A DNA stretch of 63,576 bases, filler included. It is 3 parts of 3 records of this genome, joined end to end, with 100 filler letters (N's around TTAATTAATTAA, not from the genome) between each part and the next. Parts side by side here need not be neighbours in the genome. Positions count along the whole stretch, not along the records: positions 1 to 27,507 come from SRR2962707_1427; 2 more parts are not named here. One strand, written 5' to 3'. Below the pieces are notes generated by a model that worked only from the letters and a program-made list of their open reading frames with translations, was not told the DNA's origin and did no database searches. Shown piece by piece: positions 9,219-20,283 of the stretch (positions are counted from its first letter, which is position 1; each line of letters opens with the position of its first letter). The translations under genes were made by a program, and so were the position numbers.

Positions 9219-11315
9219 ATGCTTTCCACCTCCGATCTCGTCCATCGCATCTATTCGGGCTTTCTGGGCAAGGCCATTGGCGTGCGCCTTGGCGCCCCAG
9301 TCGAGCCGACCATCTGGAGCTATGAGCGGATCCGCGACACCTATGGCGAGATCACCGGCTATCTGCGCGATTTCAAGACATTTGCTGCAGATGACGACAC
9401 CAACGGTCCGGTCTATTTCATTCGCGCCATGCGCGACTATCAGCTTTCTCCCACCCCGCACGAGGTCGCCAAGACCTGGCTCAATTATGCCGCCGAGGGG
9501 CATGGCATGTACTGGTGGGGCGGCTATGGCCGCTCGACCGAACACACAGCCTACCTCAACCTGCGGGCCGGTATCGAAGCGCCGCAATCGGGATCGATTG
9601 CCCAGAACGGGGCGGCGATTGCCGAACAGATCGGCGGACAGATCTTCATCGACAGCTGGGGCTGGGTAAACCCCGGCAACCCGAAGCGCGCCGCCGAGAT
9701 GTCGGCCAGTGCCGCCTCGGTCGCCCATGACGGGGAAGGGCTGCACGGTGCCCGTTTCTGCGCCGCCATGATCGCTGCCGCGTTCACCGCGAAATCGGTC
9801 GATGAGCTGTTTCAGGCCGGCCTGTCGGTCATCCCCTCGGACTCCACCTATGCCGCCGTGGTCAATGCTGTCCTCGGCCAGCACAAGAAGGATCCCGACG
9901 ACTGGCGCGCCTGCCGCGAACTTCTGACCCGCGATTGGGGCTATGACCGCTATCCCGGCGTCTGCCACATCATCCCCAATGCCGGCGTTCTGGCTCTTGC
10001 GATGATCTACGGCAAGGGCGAGCTCTGCCGCACAGTCGAGATCGCCACGATGTGCGGCTGGGACACCGATTGTAACGCCGGCAATGCTGGAGCGATCATT
10101 GGTACCTTCGAGGGCATCCAGCCGAGCTGGGACAAATACCGCAAGCCCATCAACGACATGGTTGTGACCTCTGGTGTCACCGGCGCGCTCAATATCGTCG
10201 ATGTGCCCACCTTCGCCCGCGAACTGGCCACCCTTGCCCTGCAACTGGACGGCAAGGACGTGCCAGAGGGTTGGGCCGAGGCTATGGAAGACCGCGGCGT
10301 CCATTTCGACTTTGCGCTGCCGGGCTCCACGCATGGGTTCAAGACCTCGGGCACCAACCAGCTCGAACTCAACTGGACGGCCAAGGGCAATGGCTCGGGC
10401 ACCGGTGCTTTGGAAATCCTTATCGACCGGTTCGAGCGCGGCCAGTCGGGCAAGGTGTTCTGGAAACCGTTCTATCGGCGCACCGATTTCGATGACGAAC
10501 GCTACCGCCCCATGTTCTCGCCACTGGTTGCCAGCGGGCAGACCGTATCGTTCGATATCTTCATGGAGCCCTGGGAGGGCGACGGCCATTTGCGCATCGC
10601 GCCCTATGTCCGTGCCACGATGAGCAAGAGCATCATCGAAACCGGGGCTTACGAGCAGCCCGCTGCGGGGTCATGGACCCATATCGAATTTACCGTGCCC
10701 GATGCCGACGGCCAAGCCATCGACGAGATCGGCCTCGACATCGAATATTTCGGCCGGCTCAAATTCCTGGGCAAGCTTCACCTCGCCAATTTCCGCGTCA
10801 CGGGCAAAGGCACGACCCGCATCGACCCCGCTAAAGAGGTCGAGGAATGGGACGCGATCACGCGTTTCACCTGGAACCGCGGTTACTGGAAAAAGGATGG
10901 CGCCACGATCACCGGCCTTACCGATACCGACGCCGATCTGTGGACGGGGCACCTCTATACCCGTGACGCCATCGTTAGCGCCCAGATCACGCCTTTGTCG
11001 GGCGCCTCGCACCTTGTGAGCTTCCGTGCTCAGGGCACATCGCGGTTTTACGCCGCCGGGTTCGAAGGCGGCAAATTGCGGATCATTCGCGAAGACTTCG
11101 GCAAGAACGTTCTCGCCGAAACCGATTTCGCGGTTCAACCGGGCCGCACCTATCAGCTCGAAGTGGACGTGCAGGGCACATCCATCGCCGTCAGCGTCGA
11201 TGGCGAAAAGCTTCTCACGGCCAATGACGACCGTTTCGCCTACGGGCAGGCCGGCCTGCGGTTGGGTGGTCCGGGCCGGTTTGCGGTCGGCAAATTTGAA
11301 ATCGTCGAGCAATAA
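9219..11315 (+). CDS. ADP-ribosylglycohydrolase family protein with long C-terminal beta-rich extension
   Basis: [15 protein letters not shown] and GWDTDCNAG; the C-terminal ~350 aa look like beta-sandwich/lectin-type domains. Confidence 0.85.
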   Translation: MLSTSDLVHRIYSGFLGKAIGVRLGAPVEPTIWSYERIRDTYGEITGYLRDFKTFAADDDTNGPVYFIRAMRDYQLSPTPHEVAKTWLNYAAEGHGMYWWGGYGRSTEHTAYLNLRAGIEAPQSGSIAQNGAAIAEQIGGQIFIDSWGWVNPGNPKRAAEMSASAASVAHDGEGLHGARFCAAMIAAAFTAKSVDELFQAGLSVIPSDSTYAAVVNAVLGQHKKDPDDWRACRELLTRDWGYDRYPGVCHIIPNAGVLALAMIYGKGELCRTVEIATMCGWDTDCNAGNAGAIIGTFEGIQPSWDKYRKPINDMVVTSGVTGALNIVDVPTFARELATLALQLDGKDVPEGWAEAMEDRGVHFDFALPGSTHGFKTSGTNQLELNWTAKGNGSGTGALEILIDRFERGQSGKVFWKPFYRRTDFDDERYRPMFSPLVASGQTVSFDIFMEPWEGDGHLRIAPYVRATMSKSIIETGAYEQPAAGSWTHIEFTVPDADGQAIDEIGLDIEYFGRLKFLGKLHLANFRVTGKGTTRIDPAKEVEEWDAITRFTWNRGYWKKDGATITGLTDTDADLWTGHLYTRDAIVSAQITPLSGASHLVSFRAQGTSRFYAAGFEGGKLRIIREDFGKNVLAETDFAVQPGRTYQLEVDVQGTSIAVSVDGEKLLTANDDRFAYGQAGLRLGGPGRFAVGKFEIVEQ

Positions 11316-11335
11316 GACGGACAGGAAGGATTTCG

Positions 11336-12400
11336 ATGTCCCAGATCACGCTCAGGAATGTCCATAAGCGCTACGGCCAGGTGCCGGTGCTCAACGACAT
11401 CTCCATCGATATTGCTGAAGGTGAATTTGTCGTTCTGGTCGGCCCATCGGGGTGCGGGAAGTCGACGCTGCTGCGCATGATCGCCGGGCTGGAAGACATT
11501 ACCGGGGGCGATGTCGAAATCGGCGGCAAAGTGGTCAACACGATGCCCGCCAAGCAGCGCGACCTTGCAATGGTGTTTCAGTCCTACGCGCTCTATCCGC
11601 ACATGAAGGTCGCCGACAATATGAGCTTCGCGCTCAAACTGGCCGGCCAGCCCAAAGCCGAGATCGAGGAACGGGTCAAAGTTGCCGCCGACATTCTCGG
11701 GCTTGAAAAGCTTCTCGATCGCCTGCCTCGCGAACTTTCGGGCGGGCAGCGCCAGCGCGTCGCGATGGGCCGTGCCATCGTGCGCAACCCCACCGCCTTC
11801 TTGTTCGACGAACCCCTATCGAACCTCGATGCCAAGCTGCGCGTCAAGATGCGCTCGGAAATCAAGAAGCTGCATCAGCGGCTGGGCAAGACGATGATCT
11901 ACGTCACCCACGACCAGACCGAAGCCATGACGCTGGCCGACCGCATCGTCGTCCTCCACGACGGCGATATCGCCCAGCTCGGCACCCCGCTCGAGGTTTA
12001 TCAGGATCCGACCAACGCGTTCGTTGCCGGTTTTATCGGCTCTCCCGAAATCAACCTGCTTGCCGCCAAGACCCTCGGCCCCGACGCGGCCGAAGTCGAA
12101 CTGACTGACGGCACGCGCATGCCGCTCGCAGGGCCGGTGGCGCTGGAAAAAGGCACGCCGGTTACCTACGGCATCCGCCCCCAGCATTTCGCCTTGGCTG
12201 AGAACGGCGCAAGAGCCGAAATCGTTCTGGTCGAACCCACTGGCGACAGCCAGGAACTCATCGTGCGCGCCGGGCAGACCGAGCTGTCGGTGGTGCTGCA
12301 CAATCGCGCTATCCTTTCGGCCGGGGATACGGTCTCCATTACGCCCGATGCCGAAAAGGCACTGCTGTTCGATACCAGGACGGGAGCGAGGCTGCGTTGA
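11336..12400 (+). CDS. Sugar ABC transporter ATP-binding protein (MalK/UgpC family)
   Basis: [33 protein letters not shown] and a TOBE tail. Confidence 0.95.
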   Translation: MSQITLRNVHKRYGQVPVLNDISIDIAEGEFVVLVGPSGCGKSTLLRMIAGLEDITGGDVEIGGKVVNTMPAKQRDLAMVFQSYALYPHMKVADNMSFALKLAGQPKAEIEERVKVAADILGLEKLLDRLPRELSGGQRQRVAMGRAIVRNPTAFLFDEPLSNLDAKLRVKMRSEIKKLHQRLGKTMIYVTHDQTEAMTLADRIVVLHDGDIAQLGTPLEVYQDPTNAFVAGFIGSPEINLLAAKTLGPDAAEVELTDGTRMPLAGPVALEKGTPVTYGIRPQHFALAENGARAEIVLVEPTGDSQELIVRAGQTELSVVLHNRAILSAGDTVSITPDAEKALLFDTRTGARLR

Positions 12401-13602
12401 TGCCCCGCAGTTTCGATCCCAACGCAGGTGGCCCGCTCAAGGGCGTAAAGGTCATCGACCTCTCACGGCTGGTTGCCGGCAACATGACATCGTTGCAGCT
12501 TGGCGATTTCGGCGCCGAGGTGATCAAGGTCGAGCCGCCTTCCGGCGACCCGTTACGGGCCTGGAAGGACGGAGGCGCCTCGTTTTTCTGGAAGGTCTAT
12601 GGCCGCAACAAGCGCTCCATCGCCCTCGATCTGCGCCGCCCCGCGGCCATGGAGGCACTATGGTCTCTGATCGACGGCGCCGATGTGCTGATCGAAAATT
12701 ACCGTCCAGGCACGCTCGAAAAGATGGGGCTGGGACGCGACGCCCTGCACGCGCGCAATCGGGGGCTGATCGTGTTGCGCGTATCGGGCTATGGCCAGAC
12801 CGGACCCTATGCCCATCTCCCCGGTTTCGGCACCATCGTTGAAGCGATGAGCGGGTACGCCTACCGCACCGGCTTTCCCGACCGCGAGCCGGTTCTTCCG
12901 CCGCTTGCCCTGGCCGATATGATTGCCGGGGTCTATGGCGCGTCCGCCGTCACCACGGCCTTGCTGGCGCGGGAAAAGGGACAGGCCGCAGGACAGGTGA
13001 TCGATCTCTCGCTGCTCGAGCCGATCTTTTCGGTCCTTGGCCCCGAAGCGGCGATCTTTGCCAAAACCGGCATCGTCAAGGAGCGCATCGGGTCCGCGTC
13101 GAACACGTCGTGCCCACGCAACGTCTATGTCTGCGCCGACGGCAAATATCTCGCCCTTTCGGGCTCGACCCAGGCGGTCGCCGAGCGGATTTTCAGGATC
13201 ATCGGCCGCGTCGACATGATCGACGATCCACGATTTGCGACCAATTCGGACCGCATCAAGCATCGCGACCTCGTCGATGCGGCCATCGGCGGGTGGTTTT
13301 CGGCGCGCACCAGCGATGACGCCCTGCAGATCATGCGCGACGCCGGGGCGACTGTGGGCCCGATCTATTCCGTTGCCGACGCCTATGAGGACCCACATTT
13401 TCTGGAGCGCGAGGTGTTTGTCGATCTCGAAGATGCCGATTTCGGCTCCCTGCCCATGCATAATGTCCTGCCGCGCCTTTCGGCGACGCCGGGCGGGTTC
13501 TATCGCCCTGCACCAGAACTGGGTGCCGATGGCGAGGCCATTCTGGGCGAAATCGGCCTTGACCCGGCCCGCATCGCCGCCGCGCTGGACGTATCGCAAT
13601 GA
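12400..13602 (+). CDS. CaiB/BaiF family (class III) CoA-transferase
   Basis: GPLKGVKVIDLSR, GAEVIKVEPP, RNKRSIALDL, ENYRPG and ALADMIAG (catalytic Asp). Confidence 0.93.
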   Translation: MPRSFDPNAGGPLKGVKVIDLSRLVAGNMTSLQLGDFGAEVIKVEPPSGDPLRAWKDGGASFFWKVYGRNKRSIALDLRRPAAMEALWSLIDGADVLIENYRPGTLEKMGLGRDALHARNRGLIVLRVSGYGQTGPYAHLPGFGTIVEAMSGYAYRTGFPDREPVLPPLALADMIAGVYGASAVTTALLAREKGQAAGQVIDLSLLEPIFSVLGPEAAIFAKTGIVKERIGSASNTSCPRNVYVCADGKYLALSGSTQAVAERIFRIIGRVDMIDDPRFATNSDRIKHRDLVDAAIGGWFSARTSDDALQIMRDAGATVGPIYSVADAYEDPHFLEREVFVDLEDADFGSLPMHNVLPRLSATPGGFYRPAPELGADGEAILGEIGLDPARIAAALDVSQ

Positions 13603-14387
13603 GATTGCGCTCGCTGCTGTACGTTCCGGCCGACAATGAGCGCTTTATCGCCAGGGCTCACGAGCGCGGAGCCGACGCGATCATTCTCGACCTCGAGGAT
13701 TCCGTGCGCCCCGAGCATCGCGATGCCGCGCGGAAAACGCTTGCCGCCGCCATCCGCTCGGCTGGCCAAAGCGGGGCCAGGGTGTTCGTGCGCATCAATG
13801 CCGAAACTGCGCGCGAGGATGCTGGCGCTGCGATGGGTGCCAACGGCCTTTACGTTCCAAAAGCCAGTCGCGCCAGTATCGACGCCTTGGCAACAGAAGT
13901 CCCAAATCTTCCCCTCATCGCCCTGATCGAAGATCCGCTGGCGCTTCTCGATGTCGCTGCGATTGCGGCCCACCCCGCGGTCGCCGGTCTTGCGGCAGGC
14001 GGCGAGGATCTGGCCACCGCCCTTGGCGCGGCGCCCGATCCCGATGTGCTGCGGACGCCCAAGCTGCTGATCCATTATGCAGCCAAGGCCCACGGAAAAC
14101 TCTCGCTGGGCCTCTTTCGCTCCATCGCCGATTACACCGATCTCCCGGCCATCGAAGAGGCCGCTAAGGACGCCCGCCGCCATGGCTTCGATGGCGCAAG
14201 TTGCGTTCACCCTTCTGCCGTTCCCATTCTCAATACCGCCTTCGCCCCGACGCCCGAGGAAATCGATTGGGCCAACCGCGTTCTCGCCGCCGCCGAAGCG
14301 AACCAAGCCGGAGCCTTTACGATCGATGGCCGGATGATCGACGCCCCGATCGTCGCCCGCGCCCGCTCGATCCTTTCTCAGACCTGA
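13599..14387 (+). CDS. CitE-like / HpcH-HpaI acyl-CoA lyase (citrate lyase beta family)
   Basis: RSLLYVPA, ILDLEDSV, VRIN, CVHP and DGRMIDAP. Confidence 0.92.
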   Translation: MRLRSLLYVPADNERFIARAHERGADAIILDLEDSVRPEHRDAARKTLAAAIRSAGQSGARVFVRINAETAREDAGAAMGANGLYVPKASRASIDALATEVPNLPLIALIEDPLALLDVAAIAAHPAVAGLAAGGEDLATALGAAPDPDVLRTPKLLIHYAAKAHGKLSLGLFRSIADYTDLPAIEEAAKDARRHGFDGASCVHPSAVPILNTAFAPTPEEIDWANRVLAAAEANQAGAFTIDGRMIDAPIVARARSILSQT

Positions 14388-14418
14388 ACCACAGCAAACG
14401 CGGAGGAGGCGTTTCATC

Positions 14419-15384
14419 ATGTTCAACCCAGCAAGGGGACTTCTCGTCCCAGCCCTCATCGGCACATTCATGGTGCCGGCCATAGCCCAGGAGGTCAGCG
14501 TCGAGACGATGGCTTCGCCCGCGCTCGCCGGTGACGACAATCCCGAAACTGGTGATCTGAGCTACACCCTCTATCTCCCCGCCGGTTACGAAGCGGACGG
14601 GGACACGCGCTATCCCGTCCTCTACCTGCTGCACGGCAGCGGGGGTGAAGCGGACGCCTGGGACGATTTCTGGCCGATCCTCGATTCGATGATCGCGGAG
14701 GGCACAGTGCCGCCGGTCATCGCCGTCGCGCCGGTCACCGGCAACTCATACTGGGTGGACTCGGCCACCTTCGGGGCCGCCGAAACCGCCGTCATCGACG
14801 ATCTGATCCCCCATATCGACCAGACCCTCCCCACCATCGCGGCGCGCGACGGCCGGGCGCTTGTCGGGTTTTCCATGGGCGGTTATGGCGCGGCGCGGTA
14901 CGGCCTCGCCTATCCCGACCTTTTCGCCGCCGCAACGCTGCTCAGCCCTGCGCTGCAACAGGGCCAGCCCCCTGCCACCGCCGGTGCTGTCAGCCGCGGC
15001 TCTTTCGGCGATCCGTACGATCCCGCCCGCTGGGATGAACTCAACTACCCGGCGCTCATCGGGCCCTATGTCGCCCAGGATCACCGCGTGCCGTTTTTCA
15101 TCGTCGCGGGCGATGATGACTGGAACCATCTGTCGGAAAAGGAAGACCTTCCCGCCGACGCCACCAAATACAACATGGAAGTTCAGGCGGTCGCCTTCTA
15201 CACGGCCCTGCACCGCGAAAACATCTTCGGTGCCGAGTTCGAAAAGTGGGAGGAGGTTCCCGCCAGCCCGGCCGAGCTACGCATCGTCGATGGCGGCCAT
15301 GGCATGGACGTCTGGGCCGGCGGCTTTTCCGAGGGCTTGGCCTACATGTTCGCAAACGGCCTGTCCGCGCCTACACAAGACTGA
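14419..15384 (+). CDS. Secreted alpha/beta-fold esterase
   Basis: Signal peptide, YLPAGY...YPVLYLLHG, nucleophile GFSMGG, C-terminal GGH. Confidence 0.88.
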   Translation: MFNPARGLLVPALIGTFMVPAIAQEVSVETMASPALAGDDNPETGDLSYTLYLPAGYEADGDTRYPVLYLLHGSGGEADAWDDFWPILDSMIAEGTVPPVIAVAPVTGNSYWVDSATFGAAETAVIDDLIPHIDQTLPTIAARDGRALVGFSMGGYGAARYGLAYPDLFAAATLLSPALQQGQPPATAGAVSRGSFGDPYDPARWDELNYPALIGPYVAQDHRVPFFIVAGDDDWNHLSEKEDLPADATKYNMEVQAVAFYTALHRENIFGAEFEKWEEVPASPAELRIVDGGHGMDVWAGGFSEGLAYMFANGLSAPTQD

Positions 15385-15389
15385 CGCAG

Positions 15390-15418
15390 TGCCCCGGAGC
15401 CGGAATTGCTCCGGGGCA
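15390..15418 (+). other. Intergenic GC-rich hairpin (11-bp stem), terminator or mRNA stabiliser
   Basis: TGCCCCGGAGC-N7-GCTCCGGGGCA; no U-tract on the + strand. Confidence 0.55.
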
Positions 15419-15443
15419 AACCCTCGCATCTCCCGAGTGATCC

Positions 15444-17429
15444 ATGATCCGCCCTGGCTTTTCCCCTTACGTCCCCCGCCCCATCGACCTGCCGACCGCA
15501 GTCCCACTCGCGCCTGAGGCGGATCTCTCGGTTCTCGATGAAGCCAAGATCTTTGCCGCGCCCGACGATCCCGCAGATTGGCCGGCCTGGCGTGCCGCCA
15601 TCACCCGCTGGCGTGATGAAGCCCGGTCCCGGATCGGCTATGATCCTTGCCGCTACGAAACAATGGCCGACGCCGGGCCGCGCATCGTGGAAATGGTCTG
15701 GCTGTGGGATGGGTGGCTTTACGACTTTGCGTCGGGGCGCTTTACCGTCGATGCCTATCTCGACGCCGGCGAGGCAGAATTCGGCGGCTTTGACGCCGTG
15801 ATGCTCTGGAACGCCTATCCGGTCCTCGGCATCGATTCGCGCGACCATTTCGCGTTCTTTGAAGACATTCCCGAACTGCCCCAAATCGTCGCCGCCTTCC
15901 AGCAGCGCGGCGTCAAAGTCTATTTTACATATTACCCCTGGGAGACGGGCTCGGGCCCCGAAGCCATCGAGAGGGTTACGGCAATCGTTAAGCGGTGCGG
16001 CTTTGACGCGGTGTTTCTCGATTCGTCCAAGGAAGCCTCCTCGCGCCTGCGCACCGCCCTCGACGCGATCGATCCGGCGCTCCCCATCGAGTGCGAATCC
16101 CGCGTCCCTCTCGCCCAGATCGCCGACCAGACAATGAGCTGGGCGCAGTGGTTCGCGGACTCCAAGGTGCCCGGCGTGCTGCGCGCAAAATGGTTCGAAC
16201 GCCGCCACGAATTGCACCACATCCGCCGCTGGAACCGCTCCCATCTCGACGAACTCCATTCGGCCTGGCTCAACGGCACCGGCGTTCTGGTGTGGCCGGT
16301 GGTGTTCGGTGTGTGGGTAGGCTGGAATACGCGAGACCGCTCCATTCTCTCTCATATGCGACGGCTCTATGCAGACAACGCGGCCCATTTCGTTTCGGAG
16401 AACTGGACGCCGCTTGCGGACCACCCGGGCTCAAGCGCGCAAATTTATGCCTCCCGCTGGGAAACCAGCGTCGATCGTCTCTGGACGCTCGTCAATCGCG
16501 GCGGCGATCATGCCGGCCCCCTCTTGCTGATCGAACCGGGTCAGAACGAGCAGGGGATCTGGGTCGATCTGGTATCCGGCCAGACACTTGCCGCCGAACA
16601 GCAGGCGGACGGACGAATCGCGCTCTCCGGCACCCTCTCTGCGGGCGCCATCGCGTGTATCGCCAACCGCCCCGCTCCCCCCACCGTCACCGGGCCTGAT
16701 ATCGCCTTGGCCGCCCCCGATTTTCCCGCCCGCGTCACCGAGCGCGTTCCTGCGCCATTCGTTTTGCACGCGACAGCGCCCGAGGGCATGGTCGCCCTCG
16801 ATATTTCCGATGGGGAACTGACAGTCACCTACCGCCTGCGCGAAACCGGGCTCTACGGCGAAACGCCCTACGTCGATGAATGGAAGCCCCTGCCGCCGCG
16901 CCTGCACCAGATCGCGACAATGACCCGCCCGCTTTCTGCGCACCGCATCGCCATGGCGCGCCATGAGGTCACCAACACCCAGTTTGCCCAATTTCTGGCT
17001 GAAACCGGATATGCGCCGGTTCGCTCAGAGCGTTTCCTCGCCCATTGGAAAAACGGCGCGCCCCTTCCCGGAACGGAAAACGATCCCGTCACCCACATCG
17101 AACTCGACGACGCCCGCGCCTATGCCGCCTGGGCCGGGTTGCGCCTGCCCACCGAAGACGAATGGCAGGTTGCTGCGCAACAGGGACTGCTCAACCGCAC
17201 CGACCCGCTGATCTGGAACCTGACGGAAAGCGAACACCGCGACGGGCGTACGCGCTTTTCCATCCTCAAGGGCGGCTGCGCGCCATTGCCGCAAGTATCA
17301 GACTGGTACGTCGAATCAGGCCCGCTGCCGCCGGAGCGCTCGGTAAAACTGCTCGCCCTTGGCGCGGGCTTGAACCGCTCCCCCATGATCGGCTTCCGCT
17401 GCGCTGCCGATATCGGGAAAAATCGCTAG
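15444..17429 (+). CDS. FGE-sulfatase (SUMF1/EgtB/PvdO-like) domain protein with uncharacterised N-terminal domain
   Basis: C-terminal HEVTNTQFAQF, PVTHI..DARAYAAWAGLRLPTEDEWQ and IGFRCA; N-terminal FDAVFLD resembles a glycosidase barrel (inference). Confidence 0.8.
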   Translation: MIRPGFSPYVPRPIDLPTAVPLAPEADLSVLDEAKIFAAPDDPADWPAWRAAITRWRDEARSRIGYDPCRYETMADAGPRIVEMVWLWDGWLYDFASGRFTVDAYLDAGEAEFGGFDAVMLWNAYPVLGIDSRDHFAFFEDIPELPQIVAAFQQRGVKVYFTYYPWETGSGPEAIERVTAIVKRCGFDAVFLDSSKEASSRLRTALDAIDPALPIECESRVPLAQIADQTMSWAQWFADSKVPGVLRAKWFERRHELHHIRRWNRSHLDELHSAWLNGTGVLVWPVVFGVWVGWNTRDRSILSHMRRLYADNAAHFVSENWTPLADHPGSSAQIYASRWETSVDRLWTLVNRGGDHAGPLLLIEPGQNEQGIWVDLVSGQTLAAEQQADGRIALSGTLSAGAIACIANRPAPPTVTGPDIALAAPDFPARVTERVPAPFVLHATAPEGMVALDISDGELTVTYRLRETGLYGETPYVDEWKPLPPRLHQIATMTRPLSAHRIAMARHEVTNTQFAQFLAETGYAPVRSERFLAHWKNGAPLPGTENDPVTHIELDDARAYAAWAGLRLPTEDEWQVAAQQGLLNRTDPLIWNLTESEHRDGRTRFSILKGGCAPLPQVSDWYVESGPLPPERSVKLLALGAGLNRSPMIGFRCAADIGKNR

Positions 17430-17471
17430 CACGGCTTGCAAAGAGACCTTCCTGCCGTCGTCACGGCGAAC

Positions 17472-17489
17472 CTGTCATCCAAGCGTCAA
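17472..17489 (+). promoter_or_regulatory. Candidate Pho box (CTGTCAT-ccaa-GCGTCAA)
   Basis: Two 7-mers at an 11-bp period; the first is a perfect CTGTCAT; upstream of the SBP gene. Confidence 0.55.
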
Positions 17490-17556
17490 GCAGGGCCATT
17501 ACAGAGCGCAATATCGCCGCCGGCTTCTCCGCCGGCCCATCTCATGGAGACACGAA

Positions 17557-18531
17557 ATGCGCGCTTTGATCACCGCCGGCTTGCTGCTGGCCACCGCCCT
17601 CACTCCGGCAATGGCTCAGGAGGGGCGCCTCGTGCTCTATACCAGCCAGCCCAATACCGATGCCCAGCAGACAGCCGATGCCTTCATGGAGCAGTATCCC
17701 GGCATCACCGTCGAGTGGGTACGCGATGGCACAACCCAGATCATGGCCCGCTTCTGGTCCGAGCACGAAGCTGGCGCTTCGCAGGCCGACGTGCTGCTGA
17801 TTGCCGACGTCGTCACCATGGAAGGTCTCAAGGCCGAAGGCCTGCTGCTCAACTACCCGGAAGCCGATCTGACCGCTTACGGCGAGGGCCTGCATGACGA
17901 AGACGGCGCCTACTTCTCGACCAAGCTCATCACCACCGGCATCGTTTACAACACCGCCGCCACAATGATCCCCTCGAGTTGGCAAGATCTTTTGACCGCC
18001 GAAGCCGAAAACCAGATCGCAATGCCGAGCCCTCTGACCTCGGGTGCCGCGCTCATTCACACAGCTACCCTCACCGAAAACCTGGCTGACGGCTGGGATT
18101 ATTATTCGGCGCTGGCAGCCAACGGCGCACAGGCGTCGGGCGGCAATGGCGGTGTCCTCACCGCCGTCGCGGGCGGCGAAAAGCTCTATGGCATGATCGT
18201 TGACTACATGCCGATCCGCGAAGCGGCCAATGGCGCTCCTGTAGCGTTCGTCTTTCCCGAGGAAGGCGTTTCCGCCGTTACCGAACCGGCCGCTATTCTC
18301 CAGTCGGCAGAAAATCCCGAAAACGCCAAGCTGTTCATCGATTTCCTCCTGTCCGAGGAAGGCCAGCAGCTGGCCGCAAGCCAGGGTTACATTCCGGCCC
18401 GCGACGGCATCGCGCTGCCCGCAGGCTACCCCGATCGTTCGTCCATCAACGTTCTTGGTTACGATGCTGCCGTCGCGCTTGCCAACGAGCAGGCCAATCG
18501 TGATCGCTTCGGCGAGATCTTCGGCCAGTAA
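17557..18531 (+). CDS. ABC transporter substrate-binding protein (AfuA/FbpA-like family)
   Basis: Signal peptide, LVLYTSQP, ADVLL, GIVYNT, PSSWQDL and AKLFIDFLLSEEGQ. Confidence 0.9.
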   Translation: MRALITAGLLLATALTPAMAQEGRLVLYTSQPNTDAQQTADAFMEQYPGITVEWVRDGTTQIMARFWSEHEAGASQADVLLIADVVTMEGLKAEGLLLNYPEADLTAYGEGLHDEDGAYFSTKLITTGIVYNTAATMIPSSWQDLLTAEAENQIAMPSPLTSGAALIHTATLTENLADGWDYYSALAANGAQASGGNGGVLTAVAGGEKLYGMIVDYMPIREAANGAPVAFVFPEEGVSAVTEPAAILQSAENPENAKLFIDFLLSEEGQQLAASQGYIPARDGIALPAGYPDRSSINVLGYDAAVALANEQANRDRFGEIFGQ

Positions 18532-18537
18532 TCGCGC

Positions 18538-20283
18538 TTGAGAATCTCTTCACAAAGCGCAATCGAGCCCAGGGCGACGCTACCGTCGCGCGCCCTGGGC
18601 CGTTGGATACGGGCAGTGGCTGGGCGATATGCCCTGGCCATTCTCGCGATCGGCGCAATCGGTCTGCTCGCGGCCTTGCCGCTGGGCAGGCTGATCGGCG
18701 CCGCACTGTTTAGCGACGGCACGTTCGATCTTGCTCCGCTGGTAGCAAGGGTGACGCGGGGCGCCACCCAGCGCGCCATGTTCAACACGCTCGATACGGC
18801 CATCTTCGGGGCCATGCTGGCTGTTGTTATCGGCGCGCCCTTCGCGTTCCTCGTCGCGCTGACCGACATGCCGGCACGGCGCCTGCAAGGCTTTATGTTG
18901 CTACTGCCGTTGATGATCGCGCCGCAGGTCACGGCGCTGGCCTACATGCAATTGCTCGGCCCCTCGAGTGCCTTGCTGGGCACCTTCGGCCTCGCTCCCG
19001 CTCCCGGCACGCCCAATCCGCTGCTTGGGCGCAACGGGATCATCGCCCTGTTCGGCGTCCAGCATGCACCCATCGTTTTCATCACCCTGCGCGCCGGCCT
19101 CGCGGCGCTGCCCCGCGATTATGTCGAAGCGGCGCGCGCGGCGGGCGCCGGCCCCTGGCGTACCCTATTGACCGTGATCGTGCCGCTGCTTCGCCCATAT
19201 TTCATTGCCGCGCTTGCGCTGGCCTTCGTGTCCGGCGTGGGCAATTTCGGCATCCCGGCCTTTCTCGGCATGCCGGTCGGTTACCTGACCCTCGCGACCC
19301 TGATCTACCAGCAATTGGCGAGCAGCGGTCCGAGCATGCTGTCCCAGGTTGCCATGCTGTCTCTGCTGATCGCGGCAATCGCCATCGCCGGGATCGCCCT
19401 GCAGGTGGCCAGCCAATCGAAAAGCGGCTTTACCATCGTCCGCGGCCTTCCGGCACATCTCAGCCTCGGGCGGTGGCGCTGGCCGGTGAGTGCTGCCGGA
19501 TTTGTGCTGATCGGCGCCATGCTGGTGCTGCCGATGGCGGCCCTGGTCAGCACGTCCCTCGTCCCGACCTATGGCGTCAGGCTCAACTTCGATACGCTGA
19601 CGCTCGACAATTATGTCGAAGTTCTGGTCCGTCAGGCCGCGACGGTGCGCGCCTTCACCAACTCCTTTTACCTGTCGGGCCTTGCCGCGCTTATCCTTGC
19701 CTGCCTTGCCGTCCCTATCTCTCTCGGGTTGGCCAGGTTTCCGCATCGTCAGAACCGGGCGTTGCATGGGCTTTTGGACCTGCCTTATGCGCTGCCCGGC
19801 ATCGTGCTCGCCATCGCCTGCATCCTCCTCTTCCTGCGGCCACTTCCGGTCGTGGGCAGCCTTTACGCCACGCCGTGGATCATCCTCGTTGCCTATCTGA
19901 TGCGGTTCGCGGCACTCGCGCTGCGGCCCGTCGATGCCGCTTTGGCACAAATGCCGCCACAGTTCGTAGAAGCCGCGGCGGCAGCGGGCGCGGGTGGGGC
20001 GCGAAGGCTCGTCACGATCATCGTGCCTCTGGCCGCACCGGCGGCGATGGCCGGCGCCCTGCTGGTCTTTATGAGTGCCTTTAACGAACTCACTGTATCG
20101 GCGCTCTTGTGGTCGAGCCGAAACGAAACCCTCGGCGTCATCCTTTTTTCGCTCGATGAGGCCGGACTTTCCGCTCAGGCGTCGGCGATTGCCGTCGTCA
20201 CGGTGATGGTGGTGGTGGCGCTTTTGCTGTTGCTCGACCGGATGGCGTCACGCCTGCCCGCGGGCGTACTGCCCTGGCGCTAG
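18538..20283 (+). CDS. ABC transporter permease (AfuB/FbpB-like, duplicated domain)
   Basis: About 12 TM segments and two EAA loops (YVEAARAAGA, FVEAAAAAGA); start approximate. Confidence 0.9.
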   Translation: MRISSQSAIEPRATLPSRALGRWIRAVAGRYALAILAIGAIGLLAALPLGRLIGAALFSDGTFDLAPLVARVTRGATQRAMFNTLDTAIFGAMLAVVIGAPFAFLVALTDMPARRLQGFMLLLPLMIAPQVTALAYMQLLGPSSALLGTFGLAPAPGTPNPLLGRNGIIALFGVQHAPIVFITLRAGLAALPRDYVEAARAAGAGPWRTLLTVIVPLLRPYFIAALALAFVSGVGNFGIPAFLGMPVGYLTLATLIYQQLASSGPSMLSQVAMLSLLIAAIAIAGIALQVASQSKSGFTIVRGLPAHLSLGRWRWPVSAAGFVLIGAMLVLPMAALVSTSLVPTYGVRLNFDTLTLDNYVEVLVRQAATVRAFTNSFYLSGLAALILACLAVPISLGLARFPHRQNRALHGLLDLPYALPGIVLAIACILLFLRPLPVVGSLYATPWIILVAYLMRFAALALRPVDAALAQMPPQFVEAAAAAGAGGARRLVTIIVPLAAPAAMAGALLVFMSAFNELTVSALLWSSRNETLGVILFSLDEAGLSAQASAIAVVTVMVVVALLLLLDRMASRLPAGVLPWR

